A stretch of DNA of 16,902 bases from Candidatus Altimarinota bacterium (GCA_041659405.1 JBAZYK010000016.1:1-16902), one strand, 5' to 3'; positions 1-8,272 are shown, counted from the first letter of the stretch. Numbers and translations: made by a program. Notes: generated by a model from the letters alone, not told the origin.

Positions 1-2
1 TG

Positions 3-47
3 GAGGGAATGGTGATGATTTAGTCATCTTTCATCATCCCTCTTTTT
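3..47 (+). terminator. Intrinsic terminator of a + strand gene that lies upstream of the window
   Basis: Interrupted hairpin: GAGGGA (3-8) pairs with TCCCTC (37-42), and TGATGA (13-18) pairs with TCATCA (31-36). It is followed by T5 (43-47). Confidence 0.6.
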
Positions 48-135
48 GTTGTGGCTTAAAACCTGTTTTTTCTCTTTCCCTCAATATCAAATCCGTCTCG
101 CACTCTCGAAATCTTGGAAAGGGGTGAGATTTTTC

Positions 136-164
136 TTGACACCTACCGCTATTTGGCGTACAAT
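136..164 (+). promoter_or_regulatory. Sigma70-type promoter, TTGACA-17 bp-TACAAT
   Basis: The -35 is a perfect TTGACA at 136-141. The spacer is exactly 17 bp. The -10 is TACAAT at 159-164. No gene lies downstream before the terminator at 757-791. Confidence 0.7.
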
Positions 165-170
165 TATATG

Positions 171-791
171 AAAGGTTGATTAGTTCTTTGAAAACCAGCA
201 AAAGATTTTAGGAAGAGTTGAGAAACCAAATTAGTTGGCTTTTCAGCCCTTCCTAAAACGTTCCTCCTCATGAATAATGGGTAGGTTCCATAGGAAAACC
301 TTATATTAAAGCAAAGCTTCGTGCTTTCTCGCTTTGGTGGTTTCGAAAGAGATTATCAAGGACGCTTGTAAGGGATTCGCTCCTTTTTTATTTCATTCTC
401 GAGTAGTCTTGAAGGATGATTAAAAAAGAATTGAATTTTGATTGGTCGGTTTTGTAAGGGTATCAACGATCCTTATTATCGCAAGGTTATAAGGAAGAAG
501 ATATTCTGTGATTGAACAAGAATGATGGCAACATTGTTCAAGTAAAGATCATTGATTATAGATACGTAAAAAGAAAGTCTTTTCTACGATTTATATTTAA
601 ACAATATTGATTATTCACGGGTCGCCATGACGCAAGTTGTGGTCGCCAGGGTAGAAATTCGATTATAAAGTCCGGTACAATTTAATCTTTTGTGCTAAAA
701 CTTTGTGGGCAGTCTTAAAAAATCTTATGGGACAGAGAAAGGTTTTAGTTGGGTACAAAAAGAGCCCCGCCTTGGCGGGGCTCTTTTTTTT
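171..791 (+). ncRNA. Candidate large (about 620 nt) structured non-coding RNA, class not recognised
   Basis: The ORF track shows no ORF of 60 aa or more in any frame across 1-810. The ATG frames I read by eye are 23 codons or fewer. The unit is bounded by a consensus promoter and a strong terminator. A 23-bp interrupted helix at 206-258 contains G-U pairs that work only on the + strand. A GNRA-capped stem CATGAC-GCAA-GTTGTG lies at 626-641. A further hairpin lies at 512-541. A module TTGTAAGGG...CCTT occurs twice, at 366-390 and 452-480. Confidence 0.45.
757..791 (+). terminator. Strong intrinsic terminator
   Basis: A 9-bp GC-rich stem (GAGCCCCGC at 762-770 pairing with GCGGGGCTC at 775-783) has a 4-nt loop and is followed by T8 (784-791). 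An A5 run precedes it, so it could also work for the - strand. Confidence 0.85.
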
Positions 792-1044
792 GTCGTGAAT
801 TTCCATTGATTTGCTAATAAAAACTCAAAGGACTACATTGAAGCATATCTCTTTAATAAACCTCATTTATGCTTTGGACAATTTTCGTAATTCTTTTGGT
901 GTTATGGGTGCTTGGATTGGTGAGTTCCTATACACTGGGTGGATATATCCATATTCTGCTTATTATAGCTGTTGTGGTTTTTTTGATAAGAGTAATTCAG
1001 GGACGCAAGCTTTAGCTTTGATCTGAAAGCGCTGAAACGCGCGC

Positions 1045-1073
1045 TTGATTTAATTTACATTATGTGTTAAAAT
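1045..1073 (+). promoter_or_regulatory. Promoter of the 1103 gene, TTGATT-17 bp-TAAAAT with an extended -10 TG
   Basis: TTGATT at 1045-1050, a 17-bp spacer ending in TGT, and TAAAAT at 1068-1073. It sits about 30 nt upstream of the ATG at 1103. Confidence 0.55.
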
Positions 1074-1102
1074 AACATGATGTATTTTATAAATCATTCA
1101 AA

Positions 1103-2200
1103 ATGAAAACAAAAAACAAAAACCTTTATTATATCCTTGGTGGAGTCGTGGTACTTGGCGTTGTTGCCCTGGTGGCAATGCAATTAAGGGGTTCATCATC
1201 ATTACAGGGAAATTTTGGGGGAGTTCTTCCAGGAGGTAAGCCACCCAGATCTACCGTGGGCACGGCAAAACCTAATACTTTAACGCCTAATCCGGTAGCA
1301 ACAAATTCGTCACCAAATGTTGTTGCAGATTTAAGAAAGCCACCTGTGGTTAATATTATAACTAATCCTTTACCTAGTGGACAGGCTCAACTTGGCGATA
1401 AATTTACGGTTGCTACTCTTATTTATCAAGGCGATTTGGCTTTAGATCATGTGGAAGTTTATGTTAATGAAAAAATGGTTAGTACACAAAAAATAAACCC
1501 TGTTAATCAACTTACTTATACCTATAACGTGGATCTGACCGCTCTAGTTGATGGTACATATTCGCTACGGGTTATAGCATATGACAATGTAGGGCATCAT
1601 GCCGAAAAGAAAATTGCATTTACTGTGAAACATCCTGTCAAAAAAGAACTGCCTCCTCATTTAACGGTAGCCATACCTAATATGGTGGCTCCTAAAGTTA
1701 AGGGACCCGGAGTCATTGGGAGCATTGATGTTGATGCTAATAAAGAATTAGTTTTCCGGGTAAATTTGGATGTTGTTGGGATAGACACTGTTAAATATTA
1801 TGTGGATTATGATGCTGTTAAAAATCCTGATCCTATCAATACGGTAACTTCTCCTCCAAATCCAGACTTTAATTGGGTATCACCTGTCTATGCATGGGCC
1901 AATCATGATGGAATCAAGACTTGGCACATTTATCCTAACGCTTTTAATCCTAATCCTCTTAAGGCTAAGTTTCCTCCTGAACAGCCAACACCTTTGGAGT
2001 GTTTTCCTGATCCTCATGCGGCTTCCTGTCCTCACACAATTAAGATTGAAGGCTTATCGAAAGGTAATGTATTGTTTGCCAAAGAGATAATTATTAATGT
2101 ATGGGGTCCTCAAGTGTGGGGTGAAATGACACAGGGGGCAATTTATATTGATGTGCAAAGCATAAAGGATGTGCAGCAAGTGGCTGAAGGTACTTTATAG
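1103..2200 (+). CDS. Membrane-anchored or secreted surface protein with an Ig-like domain
   Basis: 365-aa ORF. It has an N-terminal hydrophobic anchor (LYYILGGVVVLGVVALVAM) and a Pro/Thr/Asn-rich linker. A segment typical of bacterial Ig-like domains follows (DHVEVYVNEKMV...GTYSLRVIAYDNVGHHAEKKIAFTV). Assignment is by motif recognition only. Confidence 0.75.
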   Translation: MKTKNKNLYYILGGVVVLGVVALVAMQLRGSSSLQGNFGGVLPGGKPPRSTVGTAKPNTLTPNPVATNSSPNVVADLRKPPVVNIITNPLPSGQAQLGDKFTVATLIYQGDLALDHVEVYVNEKMVSTQKINPVNQLTYTYNVDLTALVDGTYSLRVIAYDNVGHHAEKKIAFTVKHPVKKELPPHLTVAIPNMVAPKVKGPGVIGSIDVDANKELVFRVNLDVVGIDTVKYYVDYDAVKNPDPINTVTSPPNPDFNWVSPVYAWANHDGIKTWHIYPNAFNPNPLKAKFPPEQPTPLECFPDPHAASCPHTIKIEGLSKGNVLFAKEIIINVWGPQVWGEMTQGAIYIDVQSIKDVQQVAEGTL

Positions 2201-2228
2201 GCGCTTATATATTGTTATTTATGAATAC

Positions 2229-2266
2229 AAAAAGCCCCCAAAAGAGGATCTTGAGGGGGGCTTTTT
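2229..2266. terminator. Bidirectional intrinsic terminator between convergent genes
   Basis: GCCCCC (2234-2239) pairs with GGGGGC (2256-2261). An A-run lies upstream and T5 (2262-2266) downstream. It sits between the stop at 2200 (+) and the stop at 2272 (-). Confidence 0.7.
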
Positions 2267-2271
2267 GTTGC

Positions 2272-4131
2272 TTATTTTTTCTTTTGGGTGTCGCTAAGAG
2301 GTAGCAGCATAAAGAAAGTCGTGCCTTTGTTTTCCGTTGATTCAAACCAAATTCTGCCGCCGGTGTGTTCCATGATTGATTTGACTATGTAGAGGCCCAG
2401 GCCCGTTCCTTCTTTATCTTGCTTTTTGGCGTTATCTGCGCGGAATAATTTGGTGAAGATCTGCTTTTGTTGTGCTTTGGGGATCCCGCAGCCGTAATCG
2501 GCAACCGATATAAAAATTGAGTCAGTGGTGTTTTTTTCACCATTCATAACTTTACCTTTTTTAGATAGCTTGATTTTGACTTCCACTTTGCCTTTTTCCG
2601 GTGTGTATTTTATGGCATTGGAAATAAGATTTTGAAAAATCATGCCGGCAAATTTTTGGTCAATATTCACTTTTGGCAGATTTGGAGCGTATTTTTCTTT
2701 GAGCACGATTTTCTTCTTTTTAATTAGCGGCTGCATTTCCTTAACAATTGTTTTAGAAATATTGCTGATATTTGTGGATTTCTGCTGTATCGTGAATGTT
2801 CCAAGCTCTAAACGTGAAACATTTAAAAGTGAGCTTATCAGCTCTACCATGCGCTGACTGCTATGATAAATCTGTTCCAGATATTTTTTTTGTTTCTGAT
2901 TTAACTTGCCGGCGTCACTCGCCAAAAGTAGCTCGGAATACCAGTTAATAACGGTAAGTGGACTTTTGAGTTGATGTGAAGTAAATGAGATAAATTCTGA
3001 TTTAACCTGATCAATTTCCTCCAAGTTGGTAATATCTATTTCACTCACAATAAAGCCTGTCAATTTGCCGTTGGCTTCAATAATTGGAGCGATTGATAAT
3101 TGGGCGATATATTGTTCCCCGTTTTTCTTCCTGTTGGTTATTTTGCTTGCAAATGGCTTTCTTTTGGTCTTGATTGTCTGCCACAATTTTTCATAAAACG
3201 ATTGGTTCATCAGGCCTCCCCAAAGACGGGGTGTATTTCCCAAAATTTCCTGAATGCTATAGCCGGTGATGCGCGCGCAAGCCTGGTTGGCATATAAGAT
3301 GCGGCCGTTGATGTCGGTAATAACCGTATGAATAAGCGAATCATCAGCGGCGAGTTTGTAGATGTTTGTTTCTTTGGGTTGATTATTTTCCAGCTCCAGT
3401 GAGTCGAGCATTTTTTCGGACGCAAACTCGGGATAATTTTCCTCGAACATCATCCGGTTTTTTGGTATGCCAATTGCTGAAACCACTGAGGATATTTTGT
3501 TGATCATGCCTGCTGGCCCGGTGAAATACCAGAAAGAATTTTTGTCGATTTTTACATTTTTTTTAATGAAATTCTCATCAAGTGGTCCGATGTTTATGGA
3601 GATTTTTAGAAATTTGTGATTTTTAACTTTTTTCTGCAGTTTCAATACTTCCGGAATAAGGTGATTTTTTGCAGATTCGCTATAAATTAAATGAATTTTT
3701 GGAGCGTTTTTGATATTTAAACTATTGCGGATAACGCTTAAAAATGGTGCCACTCCAACGCCTCCAGTCACAAAAATGTGGTTTTTTGCTTTTGGCAGCA
3801 ATGGGGCGATAAAAAAGCCAAATGGGCCGATAATTTCGACTGAAGATTTTAAAGGCATTTTAAGTAATGTTTTTTTAAAGCCGCTTTTTTCACCTCTGAA
3901 AATGATAACGATTGTGTCTTCTTTAGGGCTTGAAGCTATGGAAAAAGCTCTTCTGTTGCCCCGCGGATCGGGGTAAAGCAAATTATCAAGTTTTAACCAG
4001 ATATATTGTCCGGCCTGAAATGAAAATTGGCCTTCGGTTATTTTCAGCTCTATTCTAAAAGTATTCTCTGCAACGCGATCACGCTGCAAAATTCGGGCTT
4101 GAAAAGTTTTTTTATTTGTTGCATATGACAT
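2272..4131 (-). CDS. Sensor histidine kinase with an N-terminal FNR-like FAD/NAD(P)H oxidoreductase module and a PAS domain
   Basis: 619 aa.
- FNR-like motifs: RRAFSIASSP (RxYS-type FAD site), GPFGFF, TGGVGVAPFLS (GGxGxxP nucleotide site), FTGPAGM.
- PAS segment: ITDINGRILYANQACARITGYSIQEILG.
- Kinase motifs: H-box FTSHQLKSPL, N-box NLISNAIKYT, G1 DYGCGI, G2 GTGLGLYIV. Confidence 0.85.
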   Translation of the reverse strand: MSYATNKKTFQARILQRDRVAENTFRIELKITEGQFSFQAGQYIWLKLDNLLYPDPRGNRRAFSIASSPKEDTIVIIFRGEKSGFKKTLLKMPLKSSVEIIGPFGFFIAPLLPKAKNHIFVTGGVGVAPFLSVIRNSLNIKNAPKIHLIYSESAKNHLIPEVLKLQKKVKNHKFLKISINIGPLDENFIKKNVKIDKNSFWYFTGPAGMINKISSVVSAIGIPKNRMMFEENYPEFASEKMLDSLELENNQPKETNIYKLAADDSLIHTVITDINGRILYANQACARITGYSIQEILGNTPRLWGGLMNQSFYEKLWQTIKTKRKPFASKITNRKKNGEQYIAQLSIAPIIEANGKLTGFIVSEIDITNLEEIDQVKSEFISFTSHQLKSPLTVINWYSELLLASDAGKLNQKQKKYLEQIYHSSQRMVELISSLLNVSRLELGTFTIQQKSTNISNISKTIVKEMQPLIKKKKIVLKEKYAPNLPKVNIDQKFAGMIFQNLISNAIKYTPEKGKVEVKIKLSKKGKVMNGEKNTTDSIFISVADYGCGIPKAQQKQIFTKLFRADNAKKQDKEGTGLGLYIVKSIMEHTGGRIWFESTENKGTTFFMLLPLSDTQKKK

Positions 4132-4167
4132 TAACCGGTTAGGCTTCTGCTCGATAATGCTGAAAAG

Positions 4168-4196
4168 ATTGTAGCAAAGTATCTTTGAATCTACAA
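4168..4196 (-). promoter_or_regulatory. Promoter of the kinase gene, TTGTAG-17 bp-TACAAT with an extended -10 TG (- strand)
   Basis: Read on the - strand: TTGTAG (4196-4191), the 17-bp spacer ATTCAAAGATACTTTGC, then TACAAT (4173-4168). It is about 35 nt upstream of the ATG at 4131. Confidence 0.55.
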
Positions 4197-4214
4197 TAAA
4201 TGGTGAGCGGTGGT

Positions 4215-5514
4215 TTATTTTTCATACAGAAATTGGCCGATTTTGACGTGGCCGGCTTTGATGGCTCCTGCGTATAGCATAAAATAAAATTCCCATTTTC
4301 TGTATTCTTTGTCGGATATTTGGACTTTGCCGGCTTTTTTTTGATTGGTTTAAGCGGTTTTTCCAGGCGTGTAACGTTGGAGGATAATGTGCTGAAAGGT
4401 CTTCAAACCCAGCATAATTTGGATCATCGGTTGGTTTGAAATGTTCCAAGATTGCAGATTCGATTTCTTGGCGTGGCGCCAATTCTCCATTTGGGAAAAT
4501 ATGTTTATTGACCCAGGGATTTTGGGCTACTTCGTTGTGAGGAGTGTAAAGTGAATGAACCAAAACGCGACCGCCTTTTTTTAAATTTGCATGTAAAATG
4601 CGCATAAATTCTTGATAGTTTTTATGTCCAACATGTTCCAGCACGCCAACTGCACTTATGGCATCAAAGCTTTTTTTAAAGCTGGCGGGCATATCTCTGT
4701 AATCTCCTTCAAATACTTCCACTTTTCCACCGTGTTTTTGTCTGATGTGTTCCGCCTGCTTGGAAGACAATGTAACGACAGTTGGTTTTGCACCGTATTC
4801 ATCTGCCATAAATCGCGCTAATCCGCCCCATCCGCCGCCTACATCTAAAACTTTATATCCGGGTTTTAGGTGAAGTTTTTTGCAAATGTTATGCATTTTG
4901 ATTATTTGAGCTTCATCAAGATTGTTCGTTTCTTCAAAACGCGCGCAGGTATATTGAAAATTCGGATCTAAAAATGCCTCATAAAATGCAGTAGGCAAGT
5001 CATAGTGTTCTTTAATAACTTTTTTGGAGCCTTCTTTATCCTGCAAATTTGCTATTCGTCTTCTAACTCTGCCAACAATGTCGTAAACGGGGGCGAGTTT
5101 TTGATAAATGCCGGATTCCAGAATTTTTATGATAACTTCGTCGATTGCCGGACTGTCCCATTTTTCTTCAATATAAGAGTCCCCAAGGCCCATGGAGCCT
5201 CTTAACAAAACGTTGCGATAGAATGAAGGGTCGCGGATTATAATGTCGGGGGCGGGGGATTGGACGGACGCGTCAAGACTGTCGCTGGAGTCGGTGGATC
5301 GGCCAAAAACGTCGGCGGATTCAACGGAACTGTCGGCTGATTTGCCATTAGCCATCGTTATTCCCGCGTCAGCCAGCAAATATCTGAGAGCTTTTTCGGC
5401 ACTGCTGTTAAGAAATCCCGGGTTGGAGAGTGGGGTTGGAGGTGTTTCGTGTGTTTCTGATGGTTTCATTGAATGAATAAGTTTCTCCAGTGGCTTCATA
5501 ATGAGCCAGTTCAT
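4215..5514 (-). CDS. cfa: Cyclopropane-fatty-acyl-phospholipid synthase family SAM methyltransferase, with the frame broken at an A8 tract
   Basis: SAM motif VLDVGGGWGG, and FDAISAVGVLEHVGHKNY typical of the CMAS family. The ORF-track frame ends at 4222 in non-homologous sequence. Skipping one A of the A8 run (plus-strand T8 at 4335-4342) gives EYRKWEFYFMLYAGAIKAGHVKIGQFLYEK* ending at 4215, which is the canonical family C-terminus. Confidence 0.8.
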
Positions 5515-5746
5515 TTAAGATAAATTCTTCTTCTTTCTTCTGTTCCTGGAATGAAATTGTTGAACGTGGTGCTGACATTTGATAAATTCAAGTGGTTACG
5601 AAATCGTTGTATCGTAACTATTGGGTATTGGTCAAGATTTTAGTCTTTCGCTGCTTGTTTTTCCCGCCAGGGGAAGTATGATTAGGGAAAATCGATGTAG
5701 TGTATTATGCGAATGTTTTTTATCCTTTATATTTTATTCTAAAACT

Positions 5747-6205
5747 ATGGCGAAAAAAATTATCTTATTTATAATTTTATATTTTATCTATGTTCCGTTG
5801 CTCATGTTTTTGGGCGGACCATTGCTTGTTGGCATAACATCAAATTGGTTGATCATCTTCCCAATCTTTATTGTATTAATGGTAGTTCCTTTCATCGTGT
5901 TTTTTGCCACTTATAATCGTCCTTCAAAAAAACAAAGACAATTATTGCTTAATGGGAAGGACGCTCAGGCGGTCGTCACAAAAGTGGAGGATACCGGTGT
6001 CACCGTTAATGGCATTTATTTTAATTTGCGACTTTCTCTTCAGATTAAACCTAAAGATGGTCAATCGTTTGAAGCGAAAACTGAATCTTTATTTTCCAGA
6101 GTTAACCTGCCTCGTCCGGGGGACGTGTTTGCTGTGAAATATGATCCAAATGATAAAAGTGAGGTAATGCTGCATAATGCGGCTACGGTGCAGAAAGCTG
6201 CGTAA
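5747..6205 (+). CDS. Small membrane protein with two TM helices and a C-terminal beta-rich domain (DUF3592-like by eye)
   Basis: The ATG at 5747 (MAKKIILFIILYF...) is followed by two hydrophobic helices and then a soluble domain ending GDVFAVKYDPNDKSEVML. The ORF-track start at 5621 is a TTG with an implausible N-terminal extension. Confidence 0.6.
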   Translation: MAKKIILFIILYFIYVPLLMFLGGPLLVGITSNWLIIFPIFIVLMVVPFIVFFATYNRPSKKQRQLLLNGKDAQAVVTKVEDTGVTVNGIYFNLRLSLQIKPKDGQSFEAKTESLFSRVNLPRPGDVFAVKYDPNDKSEVMLHNAATVQKAA

Positions 6206-6303
6206 TGGCTGCATTTTAGATATTTAAGAATTTTTTTAAGATTATTTAATGTTTGTGTGGTAATGATGAATAATCAAATGACTTATTTTTAATTTCTTGA
6301 ATT

Positions 6304-7140
6304 ATGAAAAAAGAACTTATCCAATCGCTTACGGAAAATTTTGAATCTCACGCTCATCAAACCGAGCAGGGCGTGGAGTTTTGGTTTGCAAGGGACTTAC
6401 AGCAATTACTTGGATATGAAAAATGGGATAATTTTTTGAATGTTATCTCTAAAGCAAAGACGGCATGTGAAATATCAAAGCACAATATTTCTGACCATTT
6501 TGCCGACGTCGGGAAAAAGGTTTCTATTGGTTCTGGAGCCGAAACTGACGTGCTTGACATTATGCTTACCAGATATGCCTGCTATCTCATCGCTCAAAAT
6601 GGTGATCCAAGGAAAGAGCAAATTGCTTTTGCTCAAAACTATTTTGCCGTTCAGACTAGAAAGCTTGAGGTGATTGAGCAGAGGATAAAGGACTACGAAA
6701 GATTGTCGGCCAGACAAAAGCTGACTTTTTCCGAGAAAGAACTTTCGGAGCTTATTTTTGAAAAGACCGGTGATGACAAAAATTTTGCCATTATCAGAAG
6801 TAAGGGAGATGCTGCTTTGTTTGGAGGATATAATACGAGTGCAATGAAGAAAAAACTTGGAGTTTCCAGGTCTAAGCCTTTGGCAGATTTTCTTCCAACA
6901 ATTACTATTAAAGCAAAAGATTTTGCGGCGGAAATAACTGTTTTTAATGCGAAAGATAAAGACCTGCAGACAGAAAAGCAAATTTCAAACGAGCATATTA
7001 AAAATAACCGGAGCGTTAGGGGCGTTTTGCTTGAACGTGGTATTAAACCCGAAGAATTGCCTCCGGACGAGGATGTAAAAAAGCTGGAAAGACGTTTAAA
7101 GAGCGATGATAAGAAAAGTTTAAAAAAGCCTCTAAAATAA
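6304..7140 (+). CDS. dinD: DNA damage-inducible protein D homolog
   Basis: The 278-aa protein is collinear with E. coli DinD as I remember it. Shared segments include WxARDLxxLLGY, KAKxACExSxHxIxDHF, LTRYACYLIAQNGDP, AQxYFAxQTR and a PEELP segment near the C-terminus. Confidence 0.85.
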   Translation: MKKELIQSLTENFESHAHQTEQGVEFWFARDLQQLLGYEKWDNFLNVISKAKTACEISKHNISDHFADVGKKVSIGSGAETDVLDIMLTRYACYLIAQNGDPRKEQIAFAQNYFAVQTRKLEVIEQRIKDYERLSARQKLTFSEKELSELIFEKTGDDKNFAIIRSKGDAALFGGYNTSAMKKKLGVSRSKPLADFLPTITIKAKDFAAEITVFNAKDKDLQTEKQISNEHIKNNRSVRGVLLERGIKPEELPPDEDVKKLERRLKSDDKKSLKKPLK

Positions 7141-7164
7141 AGGCTTTGATAGTTTTTTGGCTCC
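7122..7164. repeat. 43-nt direct repeat, copy 1: a terminator hairpin plus 7 nt identical to the tRNA-Asn 3' end
   Basis: 38 of 43 positions are identical to 8230-8272. It contains the hairpin AAAGCCT/AGGCTTT followed by a T-run, which acts as the dinD terminator. It ends in TGGCTCC, the reverse complement of GGAGCCA. The last four dinD codons and its stop lie inside the repeat. Confidence 0.8.
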
Positions 7165-7261
7165 ACAGGGATTGATGCTGTTCTGGAATATATTAGGGCA
7201 GCGAAGTACTTAATGAATGTTAACTAAGTTCATGATATTCATCGAAGGCGGAACTTCTGGC

Positions 7262-7290
7262 TTGACTTATTGACCAATAAATTGTATCAT
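7262..7290 (+). promoter_or_regulatory. Promoter of the 7327 gene, TTGACT-17 bp-TATCAT
   Basis: TTGACT at 7262-7267, a 17-bp spacer, and TATCAT at 7285-7290. Confidence 0.55.
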
Positions 7291-7326
7291 AAGCTTCCTG
7301 TTTTTGTCCGGGATATCTAATTCTGA

Positions 7327-8139
7327 ATGTTCATGCGTGCATTAGTTAAACTACCCGAAGTCGCACAAAGGTTTTTTGAACCAGCTGATTGGAGGAATGA
7401 TCCATATTCGCTTCTTGATCCGGTGAGGGAAACTGATGCAAAAGTATTTGCGCTTCATAGAGAAACTGGAGAAAAAATTAGACGTACGATTAAAGGAGGC
7501 CCAAAAAAAGAATATATGCAAGCTAGAGGTCTTGGAGCTTATGAAGTTGCTTTTAACCTTAAAAAAGGTGCTCTATCAAATATTATTGATCTTTATAGAA
7601 ATAAAACAGGGTTGGCTGCGGTTTCTGTAATAGATGCTGGCTGCGGTGAAGGGCGTGCGACTGAGCAAATGTTTGTTCTTGATGCAGTTGATGAAAATGA
7701 AAGTATTGGTATAACAATTCATGAGCCAAATAGCAGTCGATCGAAAATTGCAGAAGTCAACATTGCTGAAATTAAGCCCAAAAAAGAAGGTGGTAATATG
7801 AAACGATTTGATTTATTTACCTGTTCGTATGGAGCACTGACTTATCATCCTATGAATCGCATTGTAAATGATTGCAATGATTTTGCTTTTGCTTTACTGC
7901 AAGCAATAAATTTTGTTAAGGATGGTGGATTGATTTTCTCCAAATCTTTTTCTTATATGAATATAAGTAGCTCTGATTTTATAAGTATGGGGATTTTGGA
8001 ATTAGCTCCTGAACATAACCAATTTACCTATTTTAATTATAATCCAGCTTGTGTATTAAGGGTAGTGCGTCGTCCTTCACCCAGAGAAATATTAAAACTG
8101 TTGAGAGTTGAAGATTCAAAAGAATATTCAATGTTTTGA
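7327..8139 (+). CDS. Class I SAM-dependent methyltransferase, substrate unknown
   Basis: 270-aa ORF with the motif I-like sequence VIDAGCGEGRAT, a later FDLFTCSYGAL, and a GGLIFS segment. I recognise no closer family. Confidence 0.6.
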   Translation: MFMRALVKLPEVAQRFFEPADWRNDPYSLLDPVRETDAKVFALHRETGEKIRRTIKGGPKKEYMQARGLGAYEVAFNLKKGALSNIIDLYRNKTGLAAVSVIDAGCGEGRATEQMFVLDAVDENESIGITIHEPNSSRSKIAEVNIAEIKPKKEGGNMKRFDLFTCSYGALTYHPMNRIVNDCNDFAFALLQAINFVKDGGLIFSKSFSYMNISSSDFISMGILELAPEHNQFTYFNYNPACVLRVVRRPSPREILKLLRVEDSKEYSMF

Positions 8140-8229
8140 TCGGCTGATCTTTAGAGTTATATATTCGGCTCTTTCTTTGTAAGTTCTTTTATCTGGCATA
8201 CAAAAGAATAATTTTTTAAATTATATATC

Positions 8230-8272
8230 AAAAAAGCCCTTAAAATAAAGGCTTTAATAATTTTATGGCTCC
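8230..8272. repeat. 43-nt direct repeat, copy 2: the terminator downstream of tRNA-Asn plus the tRNA 3' end
   Basis: 38 of 43 positions are identical to 7122-7164. The hairpin AAAGCC (8233-8238) / GGCTTT (8250-8255) is followed by a U-run when read on the - strand, so it terminates the tRNA transcript. Confidence 0.8.

Noticed and set aside
667-675. AAAGTCCGG, resembling the RNase P RNA CR-I / P4 5' strand
   Set aside because: No complementary CCGGCTT-type P4 partner or other conserved RNase P regions are present. The motif also lies about 500 nt from the predicted 5' end, whereas in RNase P RNA it lies about 60 nt in. From memory, tmRNA, SRP and 6S signatures are also absent from both orphan units.
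811-1026. 71-aa ORF (TTG start) between the 757-791 terminator and the 1045 promoter
   Set aside because: It has a non-ATG start and an aromatic/Cys-rich odd composition. It has no promoter of its own and sits in what reads as an intergenic spacer. It is most likely spurious.
4335-4342. Programmed -1 ribosomal frameshift on the A-AAA-AAA heptamer in cfa
   Set aside because: A -1 shift enters the frame AAG CCG GCA, which does not encode the conserved C-terminus. Only a +1 correction, or a change in homopolymer length, works.
6357-7166. Antisense or nested ORFs inside dinD (6357-6560, 6475-6981, 6693-7166). The same applies inside the kinase, cfa and 8684-10012 genes.
   Set aside because: They are shadow frames of well-supported genes on the opposite strand or in another frame, and none carries a recognisable motif.
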